Below, piece after piece: positions 20,033 to 30,400 of a stretch of 64,000 nucleotides of DNA. Position 1 is the first letter of the stretch; each line of letters starts with the position of its first letter. Location of the stretch: NCBI GenBank assembly GCA_963719315.1, contig CAVRBU010000003.1, positions 64,001-128,000 of the forward strand, given 5' to 3'. The notes under the pieces were generated by a model, which was given only the letters and a program-made list of their open reading frames with translations, made no database searches and had not been told where the DNA came from. This stretch comes from an uncultured Planctomycetota bacterium. Its GTDB lineage: Bacteria; Planctomycetota; Planctomycetia; Pirellulales; Lacipirellulaceae. The position numbers were made by a program, and so were the translations under genes.

Positions 20033-21127
20033 ATGATTATCGATCGTCGCCGAATTCTGGGCGGTTTTGGAGTCTTCGCGCTGGTGCTCTTGCGACTGGT
20101 GATCGGCTGGCACTTTTTTGGCGAAGGGACAAAGAAGGTAGAATGGGACCGACACACCGGTCGATTCCACATGGTCTTCTCGGCGGACGATTTCTTGGTG
20201 CAGGCGAAGGGGCCTCTCGCGCCACTGTATTTGGCGCATACGCCCAGTGAACATGCGTGGCGGACGCTGCTCGCCTCACCACGCGAGAATAAGCCGCCGA
20301 CGGCAGACGAGACTGACCAGCAAACCAAATGGGCGCGAGATTATTCGAAGCGGCGTAGCGAAGCCAAGTCAAAGGGCGAAGCGACGCCGGTGGAATTTGC
20401 GCCGAGCACGGCTTCACACGACTGGGCGACAAAAATCGCCGATGATTGGCGGACCGGCGTGAACCGGTTTAGAACGGCCGCCGGCATCACGGATGCACAA
20501 AGAGCGGAGGCCGAGAAGGCCCTCGCTTCGCGGCTTGACGAGCTGTCGGATTACATCGCGAGCGTGGAACAGGACGTCGCCGTATATCGGCACGAGTTGT
20601 GGCGGCTCGCGAACTGGCGGCAGTCGCCCGAGGGCGGCGAGGTGCCGTTTTACGGGCAACGAATCGCGGCGAAAACCGGTGAGACCACCGCTGCTGCGGC
20701 GGGTTGGAGGGAGCAGGTTCGACTATTGGAGGAGGGTTTACGCGACGACCTTAGCGCGATCTTGACCTCCGAACAACGGAATGAACCGGCAACGGCGTCG
20801 ACTGTGGAAAAAGCCCTGGAAGACCCCAATCAGCACGCGCTGAACTTCATCAATACGACTGCGACCGCAGTGACCATTGGCGTGGGCGCATGCCTGATTT
20901 TAGGCCTTTTTACGCGATTGGCGTCGATCGTCGGGGCCCTGTTCCTGTTCGGCGTCATCGCCTCACAGCCATTTTGGATCTCCGGGACCGCACCAACCAT
21001 CAATTACTGCGTAGAACTTGCAGCCTTACTTGTCTTGGCGGGAACCGGCGCGGGCCGCTGGGCCGGAATGGACGGCTGCCTGGGGGCACTCTTTGGCCGG
21101 CGACGGGCGCTTACCGTACAAGAGTAA
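20033..21127 (+). CDS. DoxX-family membrane protein with large soluble insertion
   Basis: LLRLVIGWHFFGEG...K; GACLILGLFTRLA; GAGRWAGMD. Confidence 0.75.
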   Translation: MIIDRRRILGGFGVFALVLLRLVIGWHFFGEGTKKVEWDRHTGRFHMVFSADDFLVQAKGPLAPLYLAHTPSEHAWRTLLASPRENKPPTADETDQQTKWARDYSKRRSEAKSKGEATPVEFAPSTASHDWATKIADDWRTGVNRFRTAAGITDAQRAEAEKALASRLDELSDYIASVEQDVAVYRHELWRLANWRQSPEGGEVPFYGQRIAAKTGETTAAAAGWREQVRLLEEGLRDDLSAILTSEQRNEPATASTVEKALEDPNQHALNFINTTATAVTIGVGACLILGLFTRLASIVGALFLFGVIASQPFWISGTAPTINYCVELAALLVLAGTGAGRWAGMDGCLGALFGRRRALTVQE

Positions 21128-21136
21128 TAGATTATT

Positions 21137-21281
21137 AATCACGGAGTTCACAGAAGCAGATTTGGTCATTTGTCATTGGTGATTTGAAATTGGTCATTTC
21201 GGAAATGGCGCATGACAAACGAATATTTTGCAATGACAATTCCGGCTTTTTATTTTCGAGCCTTCCGTGCCCTGTATGGTG
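21137..21281. repeat. Nested inverted repeat cassette (outer 9-mer type, inner GTCATT type)
   Basis: ATCACGGAGTTCACAGAAG [TTGGTCATTTGTCATTGGTGATTTGAAATTGGTCATTT ... ATGACAAA ... AATGACAA] CTTCCGTGCCCTGTATGGTG. Confidence 0.6.
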
Positions 21282-21312
21282 AAAAATAATTTTGTCGAGT
21301 GAGTGATAAGCG

Positions 21313-23028
21313 ATGAATTTAACGCCTGAAGAAAAGAAAGTTGGCAAGCAGAATTTTGACGAAGCGACGGGCTCGACTCGGCGCGAGTTTTTGCAGACCA
21401 CGATTTTGGCCGGCGGCGCGCTGGCGACCGTGGGCCTGGGCGCCAAATATTTCGGTTACGGCCCGAAGCTGGATGAGAAGCTCCGCGTCGGCGTCGTCGG
21501 CACGGGCGACGAAGGCAACGTGCTGATCGGGGCGCTCAACCCGGATTACATCGATGTCGTGGCGATCGCCGACATCCGGCCGTACAGCCGGTATCGCGCG
21601 TTTCACGGCGACTGGTATTCGCCCGGCGCCCACGCGGCGCGGCCAGGCTTGATGCAGGTATACGGCTACAAGACGGAAGACGAAGCCCGCAAACACGTCA
21701 AGGTTTACGAGGACGACTACCACGACTTGATCAATGATCCGAATGTCGAGGCGGTGATCATCGCCACGCCGCTGTACATGCATCACCCGATGGCCGTGGC
21801 GGCGATGCGGGCCAAGAAGCACCTGCTCAGCGAAAAGCTGATGGGGCACGACGTCGCGCAATGCAAGGAAATGACTCGAGTTTGCAATGCTTCGAAGGAC
21901 GAAAAAGGCAACCCGCTCGTGATGGCGGTCGGCCATCAGCGGCATTACAGCATTTTGTACGACAACGCGGTCGAGCAGATTCGCCAGGGACTCATCGGCG
22001 ATATTCATCACATTCGGGCGCAATGGCATCGCGATAATTCGCCGGGGCACGATAGCTGGTCGCCGCCGCTGCCGGGCAACGCGCAATTGAACAAAGAATT
22101 GCAAGCCTGGCAGAAACTGATGGCTGGGCCCAGCAAGCCCAACGACGCCAAGTCAATCACGGAATGGGAAAACAAGATTGCTCAGAAGCAGCATCAAATC
22201 GATGATATTACCGAAGCATTGGCGTTAAAGTACGGTTACGAGGCCAAGACGATCAACGGCCACAATCGGCCTGCGCTCGAGGAGTTGATTCGTTGGCGGC
22301 TATGGGACCGCACGGCGGCCGGGTTGATGGCAGAGCTAGGTAGCCACCAACTCGATGCGTCGAGCATCTTTATCTCAGCGATGAATCCCGAGCGCGGCCA
22401 CGTCCACCCGTTGGCCGTCACCGCGCTCGGCGGCCGTTCGATATTCCCGAACGATCGCGAATGTGAAGACCACGTTTATTGCATGTTCGAGTTTCCGGGC
22501 CACGGCTATTACAAGGAGGGTACCCACGAAGTAGCCGATCCGAACAAAAAGATCATGGTCACTTACTCTTCGATCAACGGCAATGGCTACGGCGGCTACG
22601 GCGAGATCGTATTCGGCACGAAAGGGACGCTGATTTTGGAGCAAGAACAGGACGCGATGCTGTTCAAAGGCTCTAATACATCAACGCAAATCGAAGTCAA
22701 CGCCGACAAGAAGGGCAAGCCGGCAATGGACACCTATGAGACCGGTGGCGGCGCGGCCTTAGCCCAGGCGGCGTCGAGTGGCCCCGTCAGTCGCGGTTAC
22801 AAAGAGGAAATCGAGCACTGGGCGTGGTGCGTCCGCAACCCGGATCCAAAACACCAGCCGCACTGCACGCCGGTCGTCGCACTCGGCGACGCGGTGATCG
22901 CCCTGACTGCGAATCAAGCCATCGCCAAGCAAACTCGAATCGAATTCAAACCGGAATGGTTTGATCCGGCCAGCAACGAAACCTCCGATGGCAGCGTGCC
23001 GCGCAACGTGGACAGCGTCAAATCGTGA
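21313..23028 (+). CDS. Gfo/Idh/MocA oxidoreductase, Tat-exported
   Basis: STRREFL, VGVVGTGDEG, VIIATP, SEKLM, AELGSHQLD. Confidence 0.88.
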   Translation: MNLTPEEKKVGKQNFDEATGSTRREFLQTTILAGGALATVGLGAKYFGYGPKLDEKLRVGVVGTGDEGNVLIGALNPDYIDVVAIADIRPYSRYRAFHGDWYSPGAHAARPGLMQVYGYKTEDEARKHVKVYEDDYHDLINDPNVEAVIIATPLYMHHPMAVAAMRAKKHLLSEKLMGHDVAQCKEMTRVCNASKDEKGNPLVMAVGHQRHYSILYDNAVEQIRQGLIGDIHHIRAQWHRDNSPGHDSWSPPLPGNAQLNKELQAWQKLMAGPSKPNDAKSITEWENKIAQKQHQIDDITEALALKYGYEAKTINGHNRPALEELIRWRLWDRTAAGLMAELGSHQLDASSIFISAMNPERGHVHPLAVTALGGRSIFPNDRECEDHVYCMFEFPGHGYYKEGTHEVADPNKKIMVTYSSINGNGYGGYGEIVFGTKGTLILEQEQDAMLFKGSNTSTQIEVNADKKGKPAMDTYETGGGAALAQAASSGPVSRGYKEEIEHWAWCVRNPDPKHQPHCTPVVALGDAVIALTANQAIAKQTRIEFKPEWFDPASNETSDGSVPRNVDSVKS

Positions 23029-23090
23029 CAGGCACGCGCCGCTTAAAATGCCAGGCTTGCCCCACGCAAAGTTCGCGTTAGCCTGATCTC

Positions 23091-24176
23091 ATGGCCAAGG
23101 TTGTTCTCAGGCATCTAGGCAAGACGTTTCCGAACGGTTTCGAGGCCGTTCGTGACGTGAATCTTGAAGTAGCCGACGGCGAATTCCTCGTGCTGGTTGG
23201 CCCCAGCGGGTGCGGTAAATCGACCACGCTGCGGATGGTAGCCGGGTTGGAAGAGGCGACCTGCGGCGAAATATGGATCGGCGACCGGAAGGTGAACAAC
23301 GTCGGGCCGGGAGATCGCGATATCGCCATGGTGTTTCAGAATTACGCGCTCTACCCGCACATGAGCGTGCACCAGAACATGGCGTTCGGGTTGAAAATGC
23401 GCCGCACGCCGAAGGCGGAGATCGAAAACCGCGTCCGCGACGCGGCGGCGATCTTGTCGATCGAGTCGTTGTTGGAGCGGCGGCCGCGCGAACTTTCGGG
23501 CGGGCAGCGGCAACGCGTGGCGCTGGGGCGGGCCATCGTGCGCGAGCCGAAGGTGTTTCTGTTCGATGAGCCGCTCTCGAACCTGGACGCCAAGCTCCGG
23601 GTGCAGATGCGCGCGGAGATCGCTCGCCTCCACCAACGACTCAAAACAACCATCCTCTACGTGACGCACGACCAGATCGAAGCGATGACGCTCGGCGATC
23701 GGATCGCTCTGATGGATCGCGGCGCGATTCAGCAAGTCGATACGCCGATGAACATCTACCAGCGGCCAGTGACCCCGTTCGTGGCATCGTTCATCGGCAG
23801 CCCAGCGATAAACTTCATTCGCGGGGAAATTGAGAACGGCGTCTTTCGATTCGCGTGCCAGGCGACGAATGACCAGGCTGCGCCGGCCGGTGAGATTAAC
23901 GTCGACACGGCAACGCCGGCAGGGCCGGCCGTGCTCGCTGTAAGGCCGGAAGATTTGCTAGCGCGAGACGCTGGTTGTAGCTTAGGAAGCGTCACGCTCG
24001 ACATCGTCGAACACGTGGGCCACGAAACAATTGCCCATTTCACGCTGGCGGGCGAAGAGCATGCTGTGCGGCTGAGTGCCGATGTCAACGTGAGACCAGG
24101 AGACCGGCTCGCGCTTGCTATTCGGCCAGGTGCGTATCATTTGTTTTCGGATGTGGACGGGCGGCGCTTGAATTGA
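23091..24176 (+). CDS. Carbohydrate ABC transporter ATPase (MalK/UgpC/MsiK family)
   Basis: [45 protein letters not shown]; no permease genes adjacent. Confidence 0.93.
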   Translation: MAKVVLRHLGKTFPNGFEAVRDVNLEVADGEFLVLVGPSGCGKSTTLRMVAGLEEATCGEIWIGDRKVNNVGPGDRDIAMVFQNYALYPHMSVHQNMAFGLKMRRTPKAEIENRVRDAAAILSIESLLERRPRELSGGQRQRVALGRAIVREPKVFLFDEPLSNLDAKLRVQMRAEIARLHQRLKTTILYVTHDQIEAMTLGDRIALMDRGAIQQVDTPMNIYQRPVTPFVASFIGSPAINFIRGEIENGVFRFACQATNDQAAPAGEINVDTATPAGPAVLAVRPEDLLARDAGCSLGSVTLDIVEHVGHETIAHFTLAGEEHAVRLSADVNVRPGDRLALAIRPGAYHLFSDVDGRRLN

Positions 24177-24386
24177 CGGCCACTCATCCGCCGCGTTGAA
24201 GTTGTGCGGCGTATCGAACGCGTTGACGAGAATCCGGAAAGTGGGGTCCGTCCCGCCGCGCTAGTTCCAGAGCCCGACGGACGCTTCCAACAGAAATCCG
24301 CAATGCGTCTGGATTATTTCCCAAAAGATGTCCTAAATATTGGCGCACGGCAAATCTTAATTGAGTCCGAGGGTGTGGTTTTCTAC

Positions 24387-25874
24387 TTAAGCGAGGATTC
24401 CTCGAACCACGTGCGCTTCTTCGACACCGGTGAGTTTGGAATCCAGGCCGCGGAACGGGTAGGTAAATTGTTGGTGATCGATGCCCAGGATGTGGAGCAT
24501 CGTGGCGTGGATGTCGCGGAGGTGGGTGGGGTTTTCGACGATGTTGTAGCAGAAGTCGTCGGTGCGGCCGTATTCGATGCCGGGTTGGATGCCTGCACCT
24601 GCGAGCCAGACGGTAAACGAGCGGCCGTGGTGATCGCGGCCGCTGTTGGGACTGCCCAGAGCGCCCTGGCTAAAAACCGTGCGGCCGAATTCGGTGAGGA
24701 ACATCACGAGCGTGTCTTCGAGGAGACCCCGTTGCTGGAGATCTTTCAAGAGAGCGGCGGTAGGTTGATCAACGTCGCGACATTGGTTGGGTAGTTGGCG
24801 TTTGATCGCGATGTGTTGGTCCCAGCCGCGGTGGTAGAGTTGCACGAAGCGAACGCCGCGTTCCAGAAGCCGGCGCGAGAGCAAGCAGTTGGCGGCGTAG
24901 CTGCCGGTTTTGAAGACATCGGGGCCGTAGGACTCAATGACTGCCGGGGATTCGTTGCTGATGTCGCTCAGCTCGGGCACGGAAGTTTGCATGCGAAACG
25001 CCATTTCGTAGGCGTTGATGCGGGCCAAGGTTTCGGGGTCGCCGGTTTGGGCGGCGCGGAAGTGGTTTAGCTGGGCGAGGTCGTCGAGAAGCGCGCGGCG
25101 GTCGTCGCGATCGACGCCGGGCGGGTCGTGCAGATATAGGACAGGATTTGCGCCGGAGCGGAGGGCGACGCCTTGATGGGTGGAGGGAAGAAAGCCGCTG
25201 CCCCAGAGGCGCGAGAAGATCGGTTGGCCGGGGTTTTTGCCGGTGCCCTGTGAGATCATGGCGACGAACGTCGGCAGGTTTTCGTTCGCGCTGCCGAGGC
25301 CGTAGCTGATCCACGCGCCCATGCTGGCGTAGCCGGGCTGCTGGTTGCCGGTGTTGGCGAAGGTGATCGCGGGGTCGTGGTTGATCGCTTCGGTGTACAT
25401 CGACTTCACGATGCAAATATCGTCGGCGATGGTTTGGGTATGCGGCAGGAGGTCGCTGATCCAGGTGCCGTTTTGGCCGCAGCGGCGGCCGGGCCACATC
25501 GGGGCGACGACGGGATATTTGGATTGGCCGGAAGTCATGCCCGTGAGGCGTTGATTGCCTTTGACGGAGGGCGGAATTTCCTGGCCCTGGTTTTTCGTGA
25601 GAGCGGATTTGTAGTCGAACAGATCGACGTGCGAGAAGCCGCCGGATTGAAAGAGGCAGAGGACGCGCTTGGCTTTGGGGGTGAAGTGGGGGAGACCAGG
25701 GAGGCCGTGTTCGGATTTTAAACCGCCGGCAGAGCCGGGGGCTGACGACGGTGTTGCGAGGGCGGCGCGGGTGAGGAGCGCGCTGAGCGCGGTGCTGCCG
25801 ATGGCGGCGCCGGCGGTGGTGCCGAGGAAGGTGCGGCGGGTGGAGAGGTTCTGCAATTCGTGGATGGGATTCAT
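24387..25874 (-). CDS. DUF1501 domain protein (Tat signal, sulfatase-like fold)
   Basis: TRRTFL, GGFSHVDLFDYK, RRLLERGVRFVQ, WDQH, TEFGRT, GRDHH. Confidence 0.88.
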   Translation of the reverse strand: MNPIHELQNLSTRRTFLGTTAGAAIGSTALSALLTRAALATPSSAPGSAGGLKSEHGLPGLPHFTPKAKRVLCLFQSGGFSHVDLFDYKSALTKNQGQEIPPSVKGNQRLTGMTSGQSKYPVVAPMWPGRRCGQNGTWISDLLPHTQTIADDICIVKSMYTEAINHDPAITFANTGNQQPGYASMGAWISYGLGSANENLPTFVAMISQGTGKNPGQPIFSRLWGSGFLPSTHQGVALRSGANPVLYLHDPPGVDRDDRRALLDDLAQLNHFRAAQTGDPETLARINAYEMAFRMQTSVPELSDISNESPAVIESYGPDVFKTGSYAANCLLSRRLLERGVRFVQLYHRGWDQHIAIKRQLPNQCRDVDQPTAALLKDLQQRGLLEDTLVMFLTEFGRTVFSQGALGSPNSGRDHHGRSFTVWLAGAGIQPGIEYGRTDDFCYNIVENPTHLRDIHATMLHILGIDHQQFTYPFRGLDSKLTGVEEAHVVRGILA

Positions 25875-25973
25875 GAGGATTATTTGCACTATCGTCCGAC
25901 TACGTAAATCACCAGTTGGAACACCCGAACTACGATCGTCGTCGCGACCAGTGAGTAGGCAAGGATTGTAATA

Positions 25974-26495
25974 TTACGCAGGGTTGTCGTTTTCGGGCAC
26001 GGGCGGCCAGGCTATATTGAGGTCATGCTCGATTTTTGCGATCAATCCGATCGCGAGGAACACAATAATTAAAGCGATGAGTATGACACTCATAATGGCA
26101 AGTCGGTTGAACGTCTTCGGCAGCGTGAACCAGGGAATGCCAGCGAAAACTACAACCATCAAGACAGGAAACCAATAAGGAACGCCGTAACTGGTTCCGT
26201 AGTCTAACACGCTGTAGTCAAACTTAATTGGCCGTACGGGATACTCATCGATTGGCCAAGAATTGAGTCGCAATGAGCCATCCGGATACTGCGAGTCTTG
26301 CACCCTTAGGTCATTGGTCCACAGAATAATCTCGCCTCGCGCATGCCACGTCGAGATCTCATGAACTCCCGATGTGCGGCAGTAGACTCGATCCACTGAC
26401 CAATAACTCCGCACCCACAACACAATCAGCAGCAGGCAGGTAATGCCGCATGCGGCCGAAAACGTGATTCGCAGATAGCGGAGCAGCTTAGTCAT
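25974..26495 (-). CDS. Hypothetical membrane protein
   Basis: 173-aa ORF with CLLLIVLWVRSYW N-terminal TM and VPYWFPVL plus further TM segments. Confidence 0.65.
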   Translation of the reverse strand: MTKLLRYLRITFSAACGITCLLLIVLWVRSYWSVDRVYCRTSGVHEISTWHARGEIILWTNDLRVQDSQYPDGSLRLNSWPIDEYPVRPIKFDYSVLDYGTSYGVPYWFPVLMVVVFAGIPWFTLPKTFNRLAIMSVILIALIIVFLAIGLIAKIEHDLNIAWPPVPENDNPA

Positions 26496-26642
26496 TGGAA
26501 CTTCCGCCCGGTACCAAGATCAGCCAGTGCCGTTACTATTTATTAGGTGTCGATTCGCATCCCACGTCAACTGTTGCTGGGGTACAAAAGCCAGGGAGCC
26601 TCATTTGGGTTAGCAGTTTCCGATGGAGAAACGGTCCTGGCT

Positions 26643-26852
26643 ATGTTTTCCGATGTGGTGGATGCGGCGGATCGTCTATCGACCGAGGAGCAGGAAGAAT
26701 TATTAGAGATCCTGCGTCGTCGTCTCGCTGAGCGCCGCCGGGCTCAGTTGGTGCGCGAGGTTCAAGAGGCCCGTGCGGAGTTTGCGGGCGGAGAGGCGGG
26801 CCCCGCGTCCGTCGATGAAATCATGGATGAGGCGACTCGGACCGGGCAATAA
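26643..26852 (+). CDS. Small antitoxin-like protein with no partner toxin downstream
   Basis: MFSDVVDAADRLSTEEQEELLEILRRRL...ASVDEIMDE resembles addiction-module antitoxins (by eye). Confidence 0.5.
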   Translation: MFSDVVDAADRLSTEEQEELLEILRRRLAERRRAQLVREVQEARAEFAGGEAGPASVDEIMDEATRTGQ

Positions 26853-26882
26853 AGTTGATCGAAGCTGGTGATTCGAACTCTC

Positions 26883-27203
26883 TTAAATCACTTCCACCGA
26901 ATACGTCGTCATCCAAATGTCAACTTGCATAAATCGCAACTTCAGCCGTTCTTTGAATTCGACAAAGAATTGCCGGTTCTCGGCCGTGTCTGGTACATCG
27001 CAGAAGACGCGGACGAGTTCGTCGCGGTGGCCTTCGCCTTAAAATCGCCACCGGCCTTCAATGAGCTGCGTCTCGGATGAGACGGCGCCAAACTGGTGCT
27101 CCAGTTCCAACAGGGTATCAGCGAACAACTCCGCCGGAACCGCATCGCCGCTATTGAACCTGGTCGGCAGCAACAGCTCGAAGCGCCGGAATAGCTTCTA
27201 CAT
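26883..27203 (-). pseudogene. 107-codon frame for a small conserved-looking protein, broken by two in-frame stops
   Basis: M*KLFRRFELLLPTRFNSGDAVP...FGAVSSETQLIEGRWRF*GEGHRDELVRVFCDV...KERLKLRFMQVDIWMTTYSVEVI; absent from the ORF track. Confidence 0.65.
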
Positions 27204-27381
27204 ATTTTGCTGGCCCCTCGGCACTGAAGGGAATGCCCTCTACGGCCAAAGCCGCAAGCGCCGCTTCTACCACCAGCATCTCCCCGCTCGCGTAGCTGGT
27301 GAACGAAAATCGCCCGGCGAGGTAACCTAGGGCGCGGCGCTTTGCATCATGATCCGGAAAGCGAATCCGAATGAGTTGCAT
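27151..27381 (-). CDS. Small hypothetical protein overlapping the pseudogene start
   Basis: 76-aa ORF MQLIRIRFPDHDAKRRALGYLAGRFSF...; 53-nt overlap with 26883-27203. Confidence 0.6.
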   Translation of the reverse strand: MQLIRIRFPDHDAKRRALGYLAGRFSFTSYASGEMLVVEAALAALAVEGIPFSAEGPAKYVEAIPALRAVAADQVQ

Positions 27382-27452
27382 AATGCAATATAGTCAACCG
27401 CGGTGAGCATGACAACGGCACTACGTCTCCGGTTGCAGGTAATCCCATGCGG

Positions 27453-30400
27453 TTAGTTGCGGGTGACGGTTTCGCTGAGGTTCAGCAGTAGCGCCGCGAC
27501 TTGGGACCAGGCGGCGTGTTCGGTGACGGGGATTGTTTCGTCGCGTGGGGCCTCACCGGCGGTAAGGAATTTCTCGGCGGCGGATTTATCTTTTGCGTAG
27601 TGGGCGCGTTCACGTTGTAGGGCTTTGGTGAGGATGGTGAATTCGTCGCTCGTTGGGGGGCGAGAGACGCATTCTTCAAAGGCCCAGCGGAGGCGCGCCG
27701 GGTCATCGCCGGGGTGTTTCAGCGTGCGCTCGGCGAACGCGCGGGCGGCTTCTACGAATTGCGTGTCGTTTAAGAGCACGAGGGCTTGAAGCGGTGTCGT
27801 GGTCGTGGGGCGGGCGATCGTACAGATTTCGCGGTTGGGCGCGTCGAAGGCGACCATGTTGGGCGGCGGGACGGTGCGCTTCCAATATGTGTACAGCGAG
27901 CGGCGGTAGAGTTTTTCGCCGTGGTCTTGGACGAAGGTTTGGGCCGTCGCGGGTGTGCTGCCGTAATGGCTGATTTCCCGCCAGAGGTCGCCGGGTGTGT
28001 ACGGGTTCACGCTGGGGCCGCCGAGGCGGTCGACCAACAGGCCGCTGATTTGGAGGGCCTCGTCGCGGATGAATTCGGCCGGAAGGCGGAAGCACGGGCC
28101 GCGGGCGAGAAGGCGGTTTTGCGGGTCGCGGGTCAACAATTCAACACTGGCGGAGCCAGTGGCACCCGAAATTGGCGCAAGCTGGCGCGGGCCTGTGACG
28201 CTGGATTGTCGATACGTGGACGACATCACGATCATTTTGATCGTGCGCTTCACGTCCCAGTCGTGGTCCATGAAATCGACAGCGAGCCAATCGAGGAGGT
28301 CGGGGTGGCTGGGGTACTGGCCTTGAGCGCCGAAGTCGGCGGGGGTGGCGACGAGGCCGGTGCCGAAGAAGATTTGCCAGAGGCGGTTTACTTCGACGCG
28401 GGCGGTGAGCGGATGCTCGCGCATCGTCATCCACTCGGCAAGGCCGAGGCGATTGGCGGGGGCGTCCTTGGGTAGCGGCGGGAGGACGGCGGGGGTATTG
28501 GGCGTAACCTTTTCTTTCGGTTGCGAGTAGTCGCCGCGGTTGAGGATGTACGTCTCGCGCGGCTTCTCGGCGATGTTCATTACCATCGTGGGAAATTCTT
28601 GGGTGATCGCTTCGAGGCGGTCTTCCAGGTTGTCGAGTGCGATGCGGTCGCGTTTGGTTTCGTCGGAGTGGGCGGCGAAGTATTCGCGGAGTTCGTTTTG
28701 TTGCTCGGTCGCAAGGCTGGCAGAGTCATTGGCAGAGCCAGTGGCGCCCGAGGAAGAACCCCCGGCGGAGCTGGAGGCTGCCGGCGAGGTCGAGGATTCA
28801 ATAATTGAAATGATTTCGGGTGGCAGATCGCTGTCGGTGTCGGCGCCGGTCATCGTGAGGAATTCGAACCGCGCGGCGACGGTGCTGTCGACGTGGCCGA
28901 AGTTCAGTTGAATCGTCATAAACGGCGTGGCGCTCGTGTCAACTGGCTTATCAAACGTGACGGTGAGATGCGCGGGACCGTCGCCGTCTTCGGGAGACCA
29001 GCCGTCGTCGCCGCGCGTGTCGATGACGCCTTCGGGACGCCAGTCGGGCAGCCAGGAGTCGGCGGTAACCTGCGAGAAGCCGAGGAGGCGGTTGAGATTG
29101 ACGTTGTCACCGGCGACGGGGTCGGCGCTCGCGCTGAAGGCGGTGAGGATGAAAGTGCCACGGCCTTCGACTGGGGGTTTAGGGCTTTTCTTTGATCTGC
29201 CGGCCTGCTGAAGCGGGTTCGCCGAGATGGTGCCGTAGCCGCGACCGCCGCCGGGTGCTTTAGGGTCGGGATGGAAGAGGACGCGGACGCCGGTGATGGG
29301 TTTGTCGAGTTTCGGCAGGTGCATCGAAACGTCGTAGGCGACGAGGGGGGCGGGCGAAGTAATGTGGATGAAGCGCGGCGGGTCGATGTCGAAGCCCTGG
29401 CCGACGTTTGGTGTGCTGACCTTTAGTAGCTCGACCGGGTGGAGCGCGAAGTCTTTGCCGCGGGCGCTACGCCGCGAGCGCTGCTCGTTGGCCCAGCGAT
29501 CGACTGCGGTGTCCCTAGGATTGGCAAGTTTTTGCTTTAGTGCGGCGATTTGTTTTTCGAGCGCGGGCTGCTCGCCGGTTTGGAGAACGGTTTTGGCTTC
29601 GATCGAGGGGCGGGAGTCAATGCCGCGATCGCCGTCGAGGCCGACATCGCTGAGCGAGTTGAAGTAGGCGTAGATCTGGTAGTAATCCTTCTGCGTCAGC
29701 GGGTCGAACTTGTGGTCGTGGCACTGACAGCAGCCGAGCGTCAGGCCGAGCATCGATTCGCCGAAGGTTTTTACACGATCGACGTTGTAGTTGGTGAGGT
29801 TCTCCTCCGGGATCGTGCCGCCTTCGTGCGTGTTCATGTTGTTACGCTGGAAGCCGGTGGCGATGAGTTGGGCTTCGGTATGGTTCGGCAGGAGATCGCC
29901 GGCAAGTTGGTCGCGGAGAAACTCATCGTAGTGCAGGTTCGTGTTGAAAGCGTTGATGACCCAATCACGCCAGAGCCACATGTGTCGGCCGCCGTCGATC
30001 GAATAGCCGTTGGTATCGGCGTAGCGAGCGGCATCGAGCCAGACGAGGGCCATCCGTTCGCCGAAATGGGGGCTGGCGAGGAGGCGGTCGACGAGTTTTT
30101 CATAAGCGTCGGGAGTTTGGTCAGCGGCGAAGGCTTCGACTTCGGCGGCACTCGGCGGCAGGCCGGTGAGGTCGAGCGAAAGGCGGCGGATGAGCGTGCG
30201 GCGGTCAGCCTCGGGTGCGTGTTGCAGTTTTTCGGCGTCGAGGCGTTCGAGGATGAAGTTATCGATTTCGTTGCGCGGCCAAGTCTTGTCGGCGATTTCC
30301 GGTAGCGTCGCTTTCACTGGCGGGATGAACGACCAGTGTTTTTCATACTTGGCCCCCTGCTCTATCCAGCGCTTGAGAAGCAGTTTTTGCTCGGGCTTGA

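Noticed and set aside
24204..24794. 196-aa plus-strand ORF, and many similar long antisense ORFs (e.g. 8953-9801, 11014-11757, 57884-59026)
   Set aside because: They shadow well-supported genes on the opposite strand, which is expected in GC-rich DNA, and carry no motifs.
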